Shown here piece by piece: positions 17,332 through 33,057 of a stretch of 64,000 nucleotides of DNA. Source of the DNA: the human T2T-CHM13v2.0 reference genome, Homo sapiens; NCBI RefSeq assembly GCF_009914755.1, contig NC_060928.1; one strand, given 5' to 3'. The notes below the pieces were generated by a model. That model had not been told where the DNA came from and made no database searches. It worked only from the letters and a program-made list of their open reading frames with translations. The translations under genes were made by a program, and so were the position numbers. Within the stretch, counting starts at the first letter, position 1. Each line of letters starts with the position of its first letter.

Positions 17332-17404
17332 TTAAGATTGGTGCAAAAGTAATCACAGTTTTTGCCATTACTTTTAATGGCAAAAACTTTTGCAACAGTC
17401 TTAA
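17332..17404. mobile_element. MADE1 (Hsmar1-derived MITE) with an internal deletion
   Basis: ttggtgcaaaagtaat..gtttttgccattacttttaatggcaaaaac-ttttgca matches the palindromic MADE1 consensus. About 10 nt are missing from the right arm. Confidence 0.85.
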
Positions 17405-17881
17405 CTAGATTCTTGTTTTTTCTCTCACTGTTTTTCCTGTAGCATGTTTAAAAAAATACAAATGTCACAATTCCCTATTCACATTTTATCAACATGATCT
17501 TTAGTGTAGTGGGCCAGTATGATGTCCTGTGGGATGTCGAGGCCATTGAAGACTCTCTGGACTAAATTATTGAAGAGAGTTCAGAGTTATGAATTTCTGA
17601 GGCTCCATGGTTTGGGCCCTTGGTCTTTTCGATTACTAATTTTGTGACTTTAAGCAGGACTCTTCACCGTATTTACTTTTGGTTTTCTTGTCTACAGTAT
17701 TGGAGGTCATCTAAGGTCCACTTGCAGTTGTAATATTACTACAAAATATTCAGTGATGGTTTAATGGCAAAACCTAGAGTCAAACAGTGTTGAGAAAGGT
17801 GGTTATATCACTTAAAATGCTCTTAATTTTAAAGGAATGGTGATAGAAAAATATTGAATTTTTTAAAAGACAAAAGACTGA

Positions 17882-18203
<322 letters not shown>

Positions 18204-18462
18204 AGTCTTTATCTTATTAGTGGTTCTGATTACAAAAAATAACATTTCTTTTATCTGAATCTATTAATATTACATTGTTTTATTTATTGCATTTGGTGTC
18301 ACATAAATCTGTCCATGAGGTATAGTGTAAGATACAAAGCTGATAATACAGACATAAGACTTTTCCCTTGATAAAAATTATTGTCTACTTTCTCTTTCTG
18401 CTGTTTAATAAATGTGTGAGGATATTCATCTTAAATCTTCGGTTAAAAAAAACAAAACAGTA

Positions 18463-18894
<432 letters not shown>

Positions 18895-18934
18895 TTATAA
18901 TATAACTTTATTATTTTTCAATAAGTGAGTTTCT

Positions 18935-19020
18935 ACTCTTCTCGGCCATTTGGCCAAGATCAAGTATAGTATGTGTTCTTACCAGTTTAATATCTGATAT
19001 GTCTTCTATCTGAGGACAAA
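18935..19020 (+). pseudogene. U2 snRNA pseudogene, 5' part (~nt 1-87)
   Basis: cttctcggccatttggccaagatcaagtatagtatgtgttcttaccagtttaatatctgatatgtcttctatctgaggacaa matches U2 CTTCTCGGCCTTTTGGCTAAGATCAAGTGTAGTATCTGTTCTTATCAGTTTAATATCTGATACGTCCTCTATCCGAGGACAA. Confidence 0.93.
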
Positions 19021-22186
<3,166 letters not shown>

Positions 22187-22326
22187 CTGAGAACAGATCT
22201 TAAATGGATTTTTGGAGCCAGGAGAGGGAATAGGAGCTTGCTCCATCTGCTCCACTCACTGACTTGATATTGCAGTACCTCCAGGTATGGTGCATTCCCC
22301 TCGGGGGAATAAATTTTTAAAAAAAG
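22187..22326 (+). pseudogene. U2 snRNA pseudogene, 3' part with 3' extension and A-rich tail
   Basis: ttaaatggatttttggagccaggagagggaataggagcttgctcc...tattgcagtacctccaggtatggtgca matches the U2 3' half, including the Sm site ATTTTTG (22208). It is followed by cccctcggggga and an A-rich tract. Confidence 0.93.
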
Positions 22327-23190
22327 CAAAATGAGTTTCTTCAGAATATCACATATACCTGTTTTTCAAATGTAAATACATCTTAAAATGAATTATCAGG
22401 GCCCAGATTGTATTGATGGGTAGATATTCTATGATATTACAATTATGAAACAATGTTGACTATTTAAGACAATGCAGAATTCTATTACTAATGGTCAGAC
22501 TAGGGAAGTTTTAAGATGTTTTCTGTTTATATTTGGACAGATAGCTCTTAAGTTTGCTAATATGAAAAGTTTTATCTTGGAAAAGCGGGAAAAATTAGCC
22601 ATTTCATGGATGGGACAAGTGAGTAAAAGATCAGACGGGAGGTAGGAAGAACTGGCAGGTTGAATCTAATAAGATGAGATTAAGTTGATTCTAAATTCGG
22701 ATACTTGATATAGGGTGGGGCAGATTTGAGGTTTTTGTTGACAGCATGCTGAATTTCAACCGACAATAGCATGCAGCTTTGTAGAACACCATTGTGCTGT
22801 TTATCTGTATTGCTGGAGTTTTCAATTTTGGCCAACCACACTTTTGAAGGAAGAAGAGACAGGATAATGAGAGAACATAAACTATGTCATATAAGAAACA
22901 GTTAAGTAGCATTTTCCCATGGTTCTGTAGAAACTTAATAGATAGGCTAAGGACAATTAGGGTATCATGCTGAAACACTTGAGTTAAAGCTGGAAAGTTC
23001 TTTTTAACTGAAACTTTTCTTGGCCTTAAATATGCAGATGATCATTGTGATCCTTTTAAGAGGGATGCATAGTGATTTCTCAGGTGTGTTTAGACATCGA
23101 ACACATTTTGGAGACCTTTTAATCACCTCTGGAACAATGTTTTAAGGGATGCCAGTTTAGGAAGTGTCTGGTTAAAATAACTGGTAATGA

Positions 23191-23359
23191 GGTCAGGTGC
23201 CGTGACTCACGCCTGTAATTCCAGCACTTTGAGAGGCCAAGGCGGTGGATCACTTGAGCCCAAGAGTTCGAGACCAGCCTGGGTAACATATTGAAACCCC
23301 ATCTGTATAAAAAATTAGCTGGATGTGGTGGTGCATGACTGTAGTCCCAGGTACTTGGA
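23191..23359 (+). mobile_element. Truncated AluJ
   Basis: Left arm and the start of the right arm (ggatcacttgagcccaagagttcgagacc). Confidence 0.85.
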
Positions 23360-25739
23360 AGTGAATCATCTTTCAAATGCAGTTATATGAAAGGGGCAGG
23401 TTCACTTTTGCCAGAAAGTTAAAATCAAGATCGAAATGTGAAAGTTAACCAGGAAAGAGATTATGATACATTATAAGAAATAAGTTTCTTAAATAATTAT
23501 TCAAAGTTTAGTTGCTCTAGAGGATAATGAGTTCTTTGTAAGAATAAAAAATAAGATGCATATCTTCTTTGTGGCAATATTATAAAGAGGATACACATAT
23601 CAGGTGGGTGGTTGAATTAGATGATTTTTAAGGTTTCTTATAAATCTGAAATTACTTTTATTAAGGGTTTTCCAAAAAGTTTTGTTGCCGGACTTTTCCA
23701 TCTAAGTTAATACAATGTTTGGGTTGTTTTAAAAGCATGAAATAGTTTTTCGGAGAAGGTATGAATAATTGATTTGATGTTATAATCTAAAAAAAATTGT
23801 GAAAAAAATCTGGATTCAGGTATTTGTGTTGCTATTTGTAAGTTACATGACCTCAAGTAAATCACATAGCTTTTCAGAGATGTGAATTTTAAATATCTAA
23901 AATTAGAGTAGTACAAGTAGGGGTTAGTAGCCCAGCATTTGGGCAAACAGATTTCTGATTTGAATACCATATTTACCTTATCAATTTAATAGCACTATTA
24001 CTTTCTCTCTTAGTCTCGTTTTATGTATTTTTAAACTGGAAAAGAAAAATATTTACAGATTACTATAAATAATAAATGAGATAATGTATATAAAGTGCGT
24101 GTCATTATATGTGGTATTTAATATGCTAAATCATTAAATGTAGAAGTAAAATGGAATTTCATAGATTAAGAAAGTAAAGGTCAGAGTTGTAAAGTGCTTG
24201 CCAAAATCTGACCAACAACTGGAATTCAGGTCTTCTCCCACACAGTTGCATTATTTTTAGTTAAATCATGATGTCTCTCCTTCAGTGTCTCATTCATTGA
24301 ATGAATAGTTATCATATGCCAAGGGGTCTGCATGGTGCTTTGGATTCAGAAATGAAAGGCTAGACCCTTTTCAATGTCTGGTAGTGGGAGAGAGATGGAG
24401 GGAATTGACAGTCACAGCACGCTGAAATGGATTCTGTGATATAAGTACATATAAGGGAATACTTGATTTAGAGTTGAGAGGGAGGGTCAGGGAGGGTTTT
24501 CCTGGAGAATATTAGGAATAGGAAAGGCCAAGAAAGTAGAGAAGGACTATAGGAACAATCTATGTAAAGGAACATATATGAGCACCTGGCATATTTGAGA
24601 ATTTGCAAATAGGTCAGCATTGTTGTTGGCATATCATAAGAAATGAAGCTGGAGGAAGAGATGATGAAGAGATCCTTATGGCTTTCTAAAGAGTTCAGAT
24701 TTTATTTTTAAGGAACTGGGAAACCCCTGAAAGGGCTTTTTATTTAATTGAGTAGCACATGCTCTTGATAATCACAGAAAAGTGAGAAGTAAGGGTTACT
24801 TGAGTCCTTATTCCTACTCACCAATGATAACTACCAGTAAAGTTCCTTGTAAATTATTTCAACATTTTTATATTCCTACACAGCCATCTATGAATGTGTA
24901 CATGTATATCTTTAAAACAACACACAGTTGATATGAAAGTAAATATATTTTCTACTTGCTCTTTCTCACGTATTTCTTGAATATTTTTCCATATCAGTAC
25001 ATGCAAATCTATGATATTCTTTAATAGCTTCATAACATTCCCTGTATAGTTGTATCCTGATTTTTGATGCAGTCCTCTACTGAAGAGGAGCTAGATATTT
25101 TCTAGACTGTTATTTCTATATACAGTGTTTCACTGAACATTCTTATGCTTATATCTTTGTATACTCTTGCAGTTATATCTGTAGGTTAAATTTTTAGTAA
25201 TTATGAAGTATATGTGTATTTTAGATTTTGATAGCTATTATCAAATTTTCCTCTAAAAGGATAATTTCAGTAATGCATACATGCTAGCAGTGTATGAAGT
25301 CTTAAGTTTTCCCTGAGTTTTCTGTTGGGCTTCCCAGCAGATAATTATTGAGTACCTTCTGTGTGCCAAAGACTGTGGTGGGTACTTGAGAAAGTGTTGA
25401 AGGCTGAAGTGGTCTGTGCCCTCATGCAGCCCAGAGTTTGAACCGTAGGAAGCCTGCAGGTGTTTTGTTTGGTCTGTACACTTTCATAGCTGTTTGACAA
25501 ATTAATTTTCAGTTTTTAAATATTGAGAGATTTTGAAAAATTGGAAAATTTGGTATAACTAGGCAAGCTGGATTCTCTTGTATTAGTTTGCTGGAGTTTA
25601 GTAGCCACTGCCTTTTTCAGATGGTGCATTGGACTTTATAGGAGCACGGTCGATTCCATTTCTTATGGTCTCATTTCTTGACCTCTTAACATTTCTTGCC
25701 AGAGCCTTGTAAAAGCATTTGAGTGATCGTTTGATATTC

Positions 25740-26860
25740 AAATTTAAAATTCCTTAAACTGAACCCTGATCTTACCCCTAAAACCAGTTCTACTCAGTGT
25801 TCATCTCTTTCCTTGTTGCTTAGGCCAGAACTGTGGTGTCATCCTTCACTTGCCTGTTTATCTCACAGTATGTCAGAAAATTCTGTTGGATGTACTTCAA
25901 AATATATCTCAAGTCAGACCCCTTATCCCTTCCACCTCAACCTCTCTGGCCCATGCCACCATCATCTCTTGCCTGGATTTTAGTAGTAATCACTTTTTTT
26001 TTTTTTTTTTTTTTGAGATGGATTCTCACTCTTTGGCCCAGGCTGGACTGCAGTGGTGCTATCTCTGCTCACTGCAAGCTCCGCTTCCCGGGTTCTTGCC
26101 TTTCTCCTGCCTCAGCCTCCTGAGTAGCTGGGACTACAGGCACCCGCCACCACGCCCGGCTAAATTTTTCTATTTTTACTAGAGACGGGGTTTCACCGTG
26201 TTAGCCAGGATGATCTCGACCTCCTGACCTCGTGATCTGCCTGCCTCGGCCTCCCAAAGTGCTGAGATTACAGGCATAAGTGGTCTCACTGCTTCCACCT
26301 TTGCCCTTCTACTGACTTCCCCATGCAACAGCCAGATGATCCTTTTAAAATGAAAGAACCTGTTACTTGTATGCTCAGAATCTATAGTAGCTCCTCATTT
26401 AACTCAGAATAAAAGCTAAAGTTTATAAGAAGTTACCTAACTTACAAGGTATACCTTGTACATGCCAAGTACACCTTTATATAAGGCCTTTGTCTTGGTT
26501 TCTCCATTTGTATGGGATGTTCTTCCCAGATAGCTGCATGGGTAGGCTCCTTAATTCTTTGCTGGAAGGTTACCTTTTTGGTGAAGTCTGCACTAGCTTT
26601 CCTGTTTAAATTGGCAGGTTCTCTTCCCTTGTCAACCTTCCACTGACCCATGTGCCCTATTCCTATTCCTTTTTTCCCTAAGTATTCTTACCTCTTATTA
26701 TTTGCTTTTTTTTTTAATCATCTGTTATTTTTTCCCCATTAGAGTGTAAGCTATGCAAGGGAGAAATTCTGGCCTTTTATTTACTAATAATATCCCAGAT
26801 GTAAGGAATAGTGCATAGAATATAGTTGGTCCTTAATAAATCTTTGTTGAACAAATGAAT
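25740..26860. mobile_element. L2 remnant interrupted by an Alu
   Basis: L2-like motifs (gccaccatcatctcttgcctggatt...; tagagtgtaagct...; ccttaataaatctttgttgaacaaatgaatg). Confidence 0.55.
25994..26280 (-). mobile_element. AluY-like
   Basis: Diagnostic cactgcaagctccgc and ccgtgttagccaggatg, with a long poly-T. Confidence 0.92.
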
Positions 26861-27319
26861 GCATTTTGAATTTGCAGGCTCTGCTGTGCAGTTTGTTTTT
26901 CTTACTGTTTTATTAGGTAATAATAATAGGAAATACATGTATAGTGCTTATATGCAAAGACCTATTTTAAACCCTTTATTTTGAATCCCCTGAATCCTTC
27001 TACCCTGAGGTAGAAACTATTATTATCTACTTATTATAGACAGGTAAACATAGGCATTGAGAGGCTAAATAATTTGTCCAAAGTCAGAGCTTAGTAAGGG
27101 AAGAACCAGGATTCAGATTTTTTAGCCAGTCTTGAACCTGAGTCTGCACTTTATAACACCATGCTGTCCTTTTTATTTTAAGGAAATTAGCTCTTTATGA
27201 TGTATTGCAGATCATTTTTCTGTGTAATTTTTTTGACTTAGTTTTTGTGGATTTTTTCTTTTGCCTTCTAAAGTATTTTTATGTAGTAAAAAAATCTATT
27301 AATGTATTTTTTTGAGGGA

Positions 27320-27411
27320 TTTGTTTGTTTCAGACAGGATCTTGCCCTGTTGCCCAGGCCAGAGTGCAGTGGTTTGCAGTCACGGCTCACTGCAGCCTCA
27401 AACTCCCAGGT
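27320..27411 (-). mobile_element. AluJ fragment
   Basis: agacaggatcttgccctgttgcccaggccagagtgcagtgg...ctcactgcagcctcaaactcc. Confidence 0.75.
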
Positions 27412-27690
27412 ACCTTTGAAGCTTTTAAACTTATTTTTTAGAAGGAGCTCCCTGATTTTAAGATTAATAATTTAGTCATTTTCTTCCTTATTTTTGATTT
27501 GAAATAGAAGTTTAAATTAAGCAGATATATATTTTATATCACCTTGATAGCATTATGGAGATTTTGAGGGCAACAAAATTAAAAGTTGGAACAGCATTTA
27601 GGAACCTAGCACTAATTGAAGTAAAAAATAATCATCTGAGAATAGGCTGTAGGGATGGACGGGAATAGACTGATTTCAAGAAATATTTAG

Positions 27691-27996
27691 GGCCGGGTGC
27701 AGTGGCTCACATCTATAACCCCAGCACTTTGGGAGGCCTAGGTGGGTGGATTGCTTGAGCTCAGGAGTTTGAGACCAGCCTGGGCAACGTGGTGAAACCC
27801 AGTCTCTACACACACACAAAATAAAAACAAAAATTAGCCAGGCATGGTGGTGTGTGCCTGCAGTCCCAGCTACTAGGGGGACTGAGGTGGGAGAATCACT
27901 TGAGACCAGGAAGCCAACACTGCAGGAGCCACCTTCACACCACTGCACTCTAGCCTGGGTGACAAAGTGAGACTCTGTCTCAAAAAATGAAATAAA
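27691..27996 (+). mobile_element. AluJ
   Basis: Full sense dimer with ggattgcttgagctcaggagtttgagacc. Confidence 0.93.
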
Positions 27997-28567
27997 TATC
28001 TGATAAAATCTTCAAGTCTTAGTGACTGATGAGCTGTGCATCAAAGGACTCTGGGATAACACCCAGATTTCTGGTTGTGAGAGTTTGGAAGAGAGGAAAT
28101 ATGTTTGTTGGGGTGCCATTTATTGGTTGAATGTAAGCCACAGGAAAATCCAGTTGGCTTAGATGATAAAATGATTTAAATTTTGGGCTATGTAGATTGG
28201 CAGGTATATTCATTGATGGCTTACATTTTGTTGTTACTCTGTTTGCTTTCCTTTTTCTTCTCTTTCACTTAATTTTGTTTTTTCATTCTTTGTTGCTTTC
28301 TCTTTTTCATTGTTTGTGTCCCTTTCTTATAGCTTAGGCCTTCTAAAGGTACTGCATAATTGGTCAGTGACATTGAAAGAAGTTTCCAAGTTTCCACTGT
28401 AGGGAAGAGCTTTGGGGCAGAACCTCAGAGGACAGTGAAGGCTAATCAAACATGCCAGCCACAACTGTCTTTGTTTTTCTGCAACCCAAAGAAATGCCTT
28501 ATAGATTCTTGGTATTCTGTTGTAAACTTAACCAGTGTTATTAAACTTTATTTTAGGAACTGCAACC

Positions 28568-28718
28568 ATGAATGAAGAAAATATAGATGGAACAAATGGA
28601 TGCAGTAAAGTTCGAACTGGTATTCAGAATGAAGCAGCATTACTTGCTTTGATGGAAAAGACTGGTTACAACATGGTTCAGGAAAATGGACAAAGGAAAT
28701 TTGGCGGTCCTCCTCCAG
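28568..28718 (+). CDS. RBM46: RBM46 first coding exon (exon 28557-28718): [11 protein letters not shown]...QRKFGGPPP
   Basis: Acceptor ttttag|G at 28557, Kozak accATG at 28568, donor CAG|GT at 28719. 151 coding nt. The [12 protein letters not shown] motif is typical of the A1CF/RBM47/hnRNP R-Q family. Confidence 0.95.
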
Positions 28719-29139
28719 GTGTGGATTTGTTTACAGTCTTTTAAATTTAATCTTTAACCTCGTCATGTAGATTAGATGTGTATCCCCACAAGTATTCCAA
28801 ACAATAGCTCTCTCCTTGTAACTGCTTTAAGACATTTTTTTTTTTTTACTGTTGAGGAGAGTTAAATTATAAATGTTATTCATGTCTTACCATTACATTT
28901 TTTCAGCCCTGCTCTTCATCTAAGAAGCAGTTGAGAAAGAAGCTGGGCTAGGTTGAGAAAGAAGTCAGGATTAGGAAAGTAGGAAAAAGGGTGCTACTCT
29001 AGGTGTTAAAGAGGAGATCATCTGGGGAGGAATTTGAAACAGCAGTGAGTAAGTGAGTGGTGTTTAAACTAGAAAACCAAATGGAAACAGGTAAATAGAA
29101 TGTTCGACTTTTCTACCAATAGTCAGTACAATTCCTTTG

Positions 29140-29562
29140 CCCGAAACCCTTCAGTTTATCACACTTAAAATAAAAATCTGGCTTCTGGGTACCTCAATGG
29201 CTGTAGCACTTACCACTTTCTTCCTTTCTCACGTACATGTTAGCTGTACAGGCTTCCATAATCTATGTTGCTCTGACATAAAAGCGCTTGCTTTTTCTTC
29301 TTTCCAAATGCCCTTTTCCCAGATAATCCTCATGGCTCACTCCCTCATTCTATTCAGGTCTCTGCTTAAATCTCACGTACCCAGAGATTTGCCTGACCAC
29401 TCCCTTGATTTTCTTCGTAGCACTTAACCACTCACTTGTTATCTCCCTTCTCTATTGAATATTAGCTTCATAAGGGAAGGGGCTTTATTTTGTCCACTGT
29501 TGTATCACCAATACCTAGAATTGTGAGTGGCACATAGCACAGCAAATTTGTTGAATGAATAT
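29140..29562. mobile_element. L2 remnant in intron 2
   Basis: ggctcactccctcattctattcaggtctctgcttaaat...cctagaattgtgagtggcacatag...tttgttgaatgaat is an L2 3'-end pattern. Confidence 0.55.
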
Positions 29563-29627
29563 ATGATTGAATAGTGAGTACAAATATCCAATTAGAATTT
29601 ATGTGTCTTTTCATTTTTGTCGTTCAG

Positions 29628-30095
29628 GTTGGGAAGGTCCACCTCCACCTAGAGGCTGTGAAGTTTTTGTAGGAAAAATACCTCGTGATATGTATGAAGA
29701 TGAGTTAGTTCCTGTATTTGAAAGAGCTGGGAAGATATATGAATTTCGACTTATGATGGAATTTAGTGGTGAAAATCGAGGTTATGCTTTTGTGATGTAC
29801 ACTACAAAAGAAGAAGCCCAATTAGCCATCAGAATTCTTAATAATTATGAAATTCGACCAGGGAAGTTTATTGGTGTGTGTGTAAGCCTGGATAATTGTA
29901 GATTATTTATTGGAGCTATTCCCAAGGAAAAGAAGAAAGAAGAAATTTTAGATGAAATGAAGAAAGTTACAGAAGGAGTTGTAGATGTCATTGTTTATCC
30001 AAGTGCAACTGATAAGACCAAAAATCGTGGTTTTGCATTTGTGGAATATGAATCTCACAGAGCTGCTGCTATGGCAAGGAGGAAACTAATTCCAG
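29628..30095 (+). CDS. RBM46: RBM46 exon 3: RRM1 and most of RRM2
   Basis: Boundaries ttcag|GT and CCAG|gtaaa, 468 nt, phase 1-1. RNP2 EVFVGKIP and RLFIGAIP; RNP1 NRGYAFV and NRGFAFV. Confidence 0.97.
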
Positions 30096-30597
30096 GTAAA
30101 CTGAAAGGTTGTTTTTCAATATTAACATTATTACAAATATGGAGAGATGATAGTACATCAGGGATCAATATTATCAAAATACTAATGTCACTTAAAGAAG
30201 AGTAAAGAATTGTTTGAGTAATGAAGTAAAATAAATTACATGATTCTAAAAGACAAGAAATTGTTCCAGTAAAATGAGTCCTATTTATGATATTTTTACT
30301 GGATATATACACTTTGAGCTGTTAATTGTTGTTTAATAAAAATCCAAAGGGCAACACTTAATTCTTCTGATAAAGATCTATCTTTGAAGTGTATTTGTTC
30401 TATTGACTCTGAAATTACATAGTAAGTTTTAGTTATTTACTTTAGTAAAAATTTTTGTGTGAATAGGAAACAAATGCTTAACCAAATTTATTGATGTGTA
30501 GTTGAGTTTCTGCTTCTCTGGGGAAACAGTTTTACTGAACATCTTTACCTTTTATTCTTTATTTTAATTCTCTTCAAATTATTATTTTTTTTTACAG

Positions 30598-31380
30598 GAA
30601 CATTCCAACTATGGGGCCACACCATTCAGGTAGATTGGGCTGACCCAGAGAAAGAGGTGGATGAGGAAACCATGCAGAGAGTTAAAGTTCTTTATGTAAG
30701 AAATTTAATGATCTCAACTACAGAGGAAACAATTAAAGCAGAATTCAATAAATTTAAGCCTGGTGCAGTTGAACGGGTAAAGAAACTTAGAGATTATGCT
30801 TTTGTTCACTTTTTCAACCGAGAAGATGCAGTGGCTGCCATGTCTGTTATGAATGGAAAATGCATTGATGGAGCAAGTATTGAGGTAACACTAGCTAAAC
30901 CAGTAAATAAAGAAAACACTTGGAGACAGCATCTTAACGGTCAGATTAGTCCAAATTCTGAAAATCTGATTGTGTTTGCTAACAAAGAAGAGAGCCACCC
31001 AAAAACTCTAGGCAAGCTGCCAACTCTTCCTGCTCGTCTCAATGGTCAGCATAGCCCAAGTCCGCCTGAAGTTGAAAGATGCACTTACCCTTTTTATCCT
31101 GGAACAAAGCTTACTCCAATTAGTATGTATTCTTTAAAATCCAATCATTTTAATTCTGCAGTAATGCATTTGGATTATTACTGCAACAAAAATAACTGGG
31201 CACCACCAGAATATTATTTATATTCAACAACAAGTCAAGATGGGAAAGTACTCTTGGTGTATAAGATAGTTATTCCTGCTATTGCAAATGGATCCCAGAG
31301 TTACTTCATGCCAGACAAACTCTGTACTACGTTAGAAGATGCAAAGGAACTGGCAGCCCAGTTTACATTACTTCATTTGG
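30598..31380 (+). CDS. RBM46: RBM46 exon 4: end of RRM2, RRM3, linker and DND1/A1CF-type dsRBD-like domain
   Basis: Boundaries tttacag|GA and TTGG|gtaagt, 783 nt, phase 1-1. Encodes [16 protein letters not shown] and [15 protein letters not shown]...[14 protein letters not shown]. Confidence 0.97.
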
Positions 31381-31565
31381 GTAAGTTTAAAAATACTTTA
31401 AATGATGTATAATATGAAATTAGGAAATACTGTAGATTATTTTTAAATTCATTTATTTTGAACTCAACATTAGTGGTAAGTATGTAACATAAATTTTATC
31501 TCAATTTTATAAAGTCATGATAACTTTCTTGAAACTTGTGCCCTGTAAAATCTTCCTACATTTAG

Positions 31566-31884
<319 letters not shown>

Positions 31885-32724
31885 TACATTTAGCTTTTTA
31901 AGCATTAACCTGTGGGAAAATTTGGTTTTACTGTAGTGTTCATAACCCTGTTTTATTAATTTATTGTTTTTTTAATGACTAATTCTCAGTTGAAATAAAA
32001 ATTTTTTGTATAAGTTACAAGATATGTTCATTAAACCAATTTATTGTAGAGTGTCCCTGCATCTTTGGTGAAGTCTACATAATGATCTTTTTGAGGGGCA
32101 GGGGATAGGGAGTTAGTAAAATCAGTGGGATTTCAGATGGGTCGTGTGTAGACACAGCTTTATGCTCACCAATCTGGAAATTTGTCATTATCACTCATGA
32201 AAGACAAAAAGCATCATTAAGAGATGTTTGTGACCATTCTCTTTTTAATTTCATGTTTTTCAAAAAGTAAATTTTCTTTAAAACGTTTGAAGGATAATTA
32301 TGAAAGGCTTTGCAAAAGCATAGAAAGATATGCTAACTAAATATTTGACGTTGTGAAGGAAGAGACATAATATCACTATGGTGTTTTCCTACTTTCTGTT
32401 TTTTACTGTTAGGTTAGCCTCCCCCCTCCTCCACCCCCCAAAACCTGTTTATTTTTTAATGCGGCTATAGATTTTAGTGATGATTACTTTGTGTCCCAAA
32501 TAATATTTATTGGAAGAGTAGTGGTTTCCTGAGAATCAAATAAAAGAGAAAGATCTTTTGAGTGTTATCATTGTTTCTTGATTATAATTGTGAAACTCTT
32601 CACTGAAAATTATTTTTTATATGGTTGCAGAACCATAGTACAGAAGCTTATATGTATTTAAAATTCATATTCTCAAGTTTAAGAGAAAACAGTCAAGAAA
32701 AACATTCTCAAAAGGGAGAATAAT

Positions 32725-32768
32725 TTTTATATATTGTTTAGGCTTGCTTTTATATATTGTTTAGGCTT
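32725..32768. repeat. 23-bp tandem duplication
   Basis: ttttatatattgtttaggctt occurs at 32725 and 32748. Confidence 0.85.
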
Positions 32769-32796
32769 ACCATAGCCACTGCCATAGTATTAGAAA

Positions 32797-33057
32797 TTTT
32801 TTTTTTTTTTTTGAGATGGAGTCTGTCTTTGTCACCCAGACTTGAGTGCAGTAGCATGATCTTGGCTCACTGCAACCTGTCTCCTGGATTCAAGCAATTC
32901 TCCTGCCTCAGCCTCCTGAGTAGCTGGGATTACAGGCGCCCACCACCGTGCCCGGCTAATTTTTGTATTTTAAGTAGAGACAGGGTTTCACGACGTTGGC
33001 CAGGCTGGTCTTGAACTACTGACCTCAGGCGACCCGCCCTCCTCAGCCTCCCAAAGT
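32797..33057 (-). mobile_element. AluS, slightly 5'-truncated
   Basis: Antisense Alu ending at ctcccaaagt. Confidence 0.93.

Noticed and set aside
29567-30205. Standalone 212-aa and 251-aa (30657-31412) proteins from the ORF track
   Set aside because: These are RBM46 exons read into flanking introns. Canonical splice sites delimit them.
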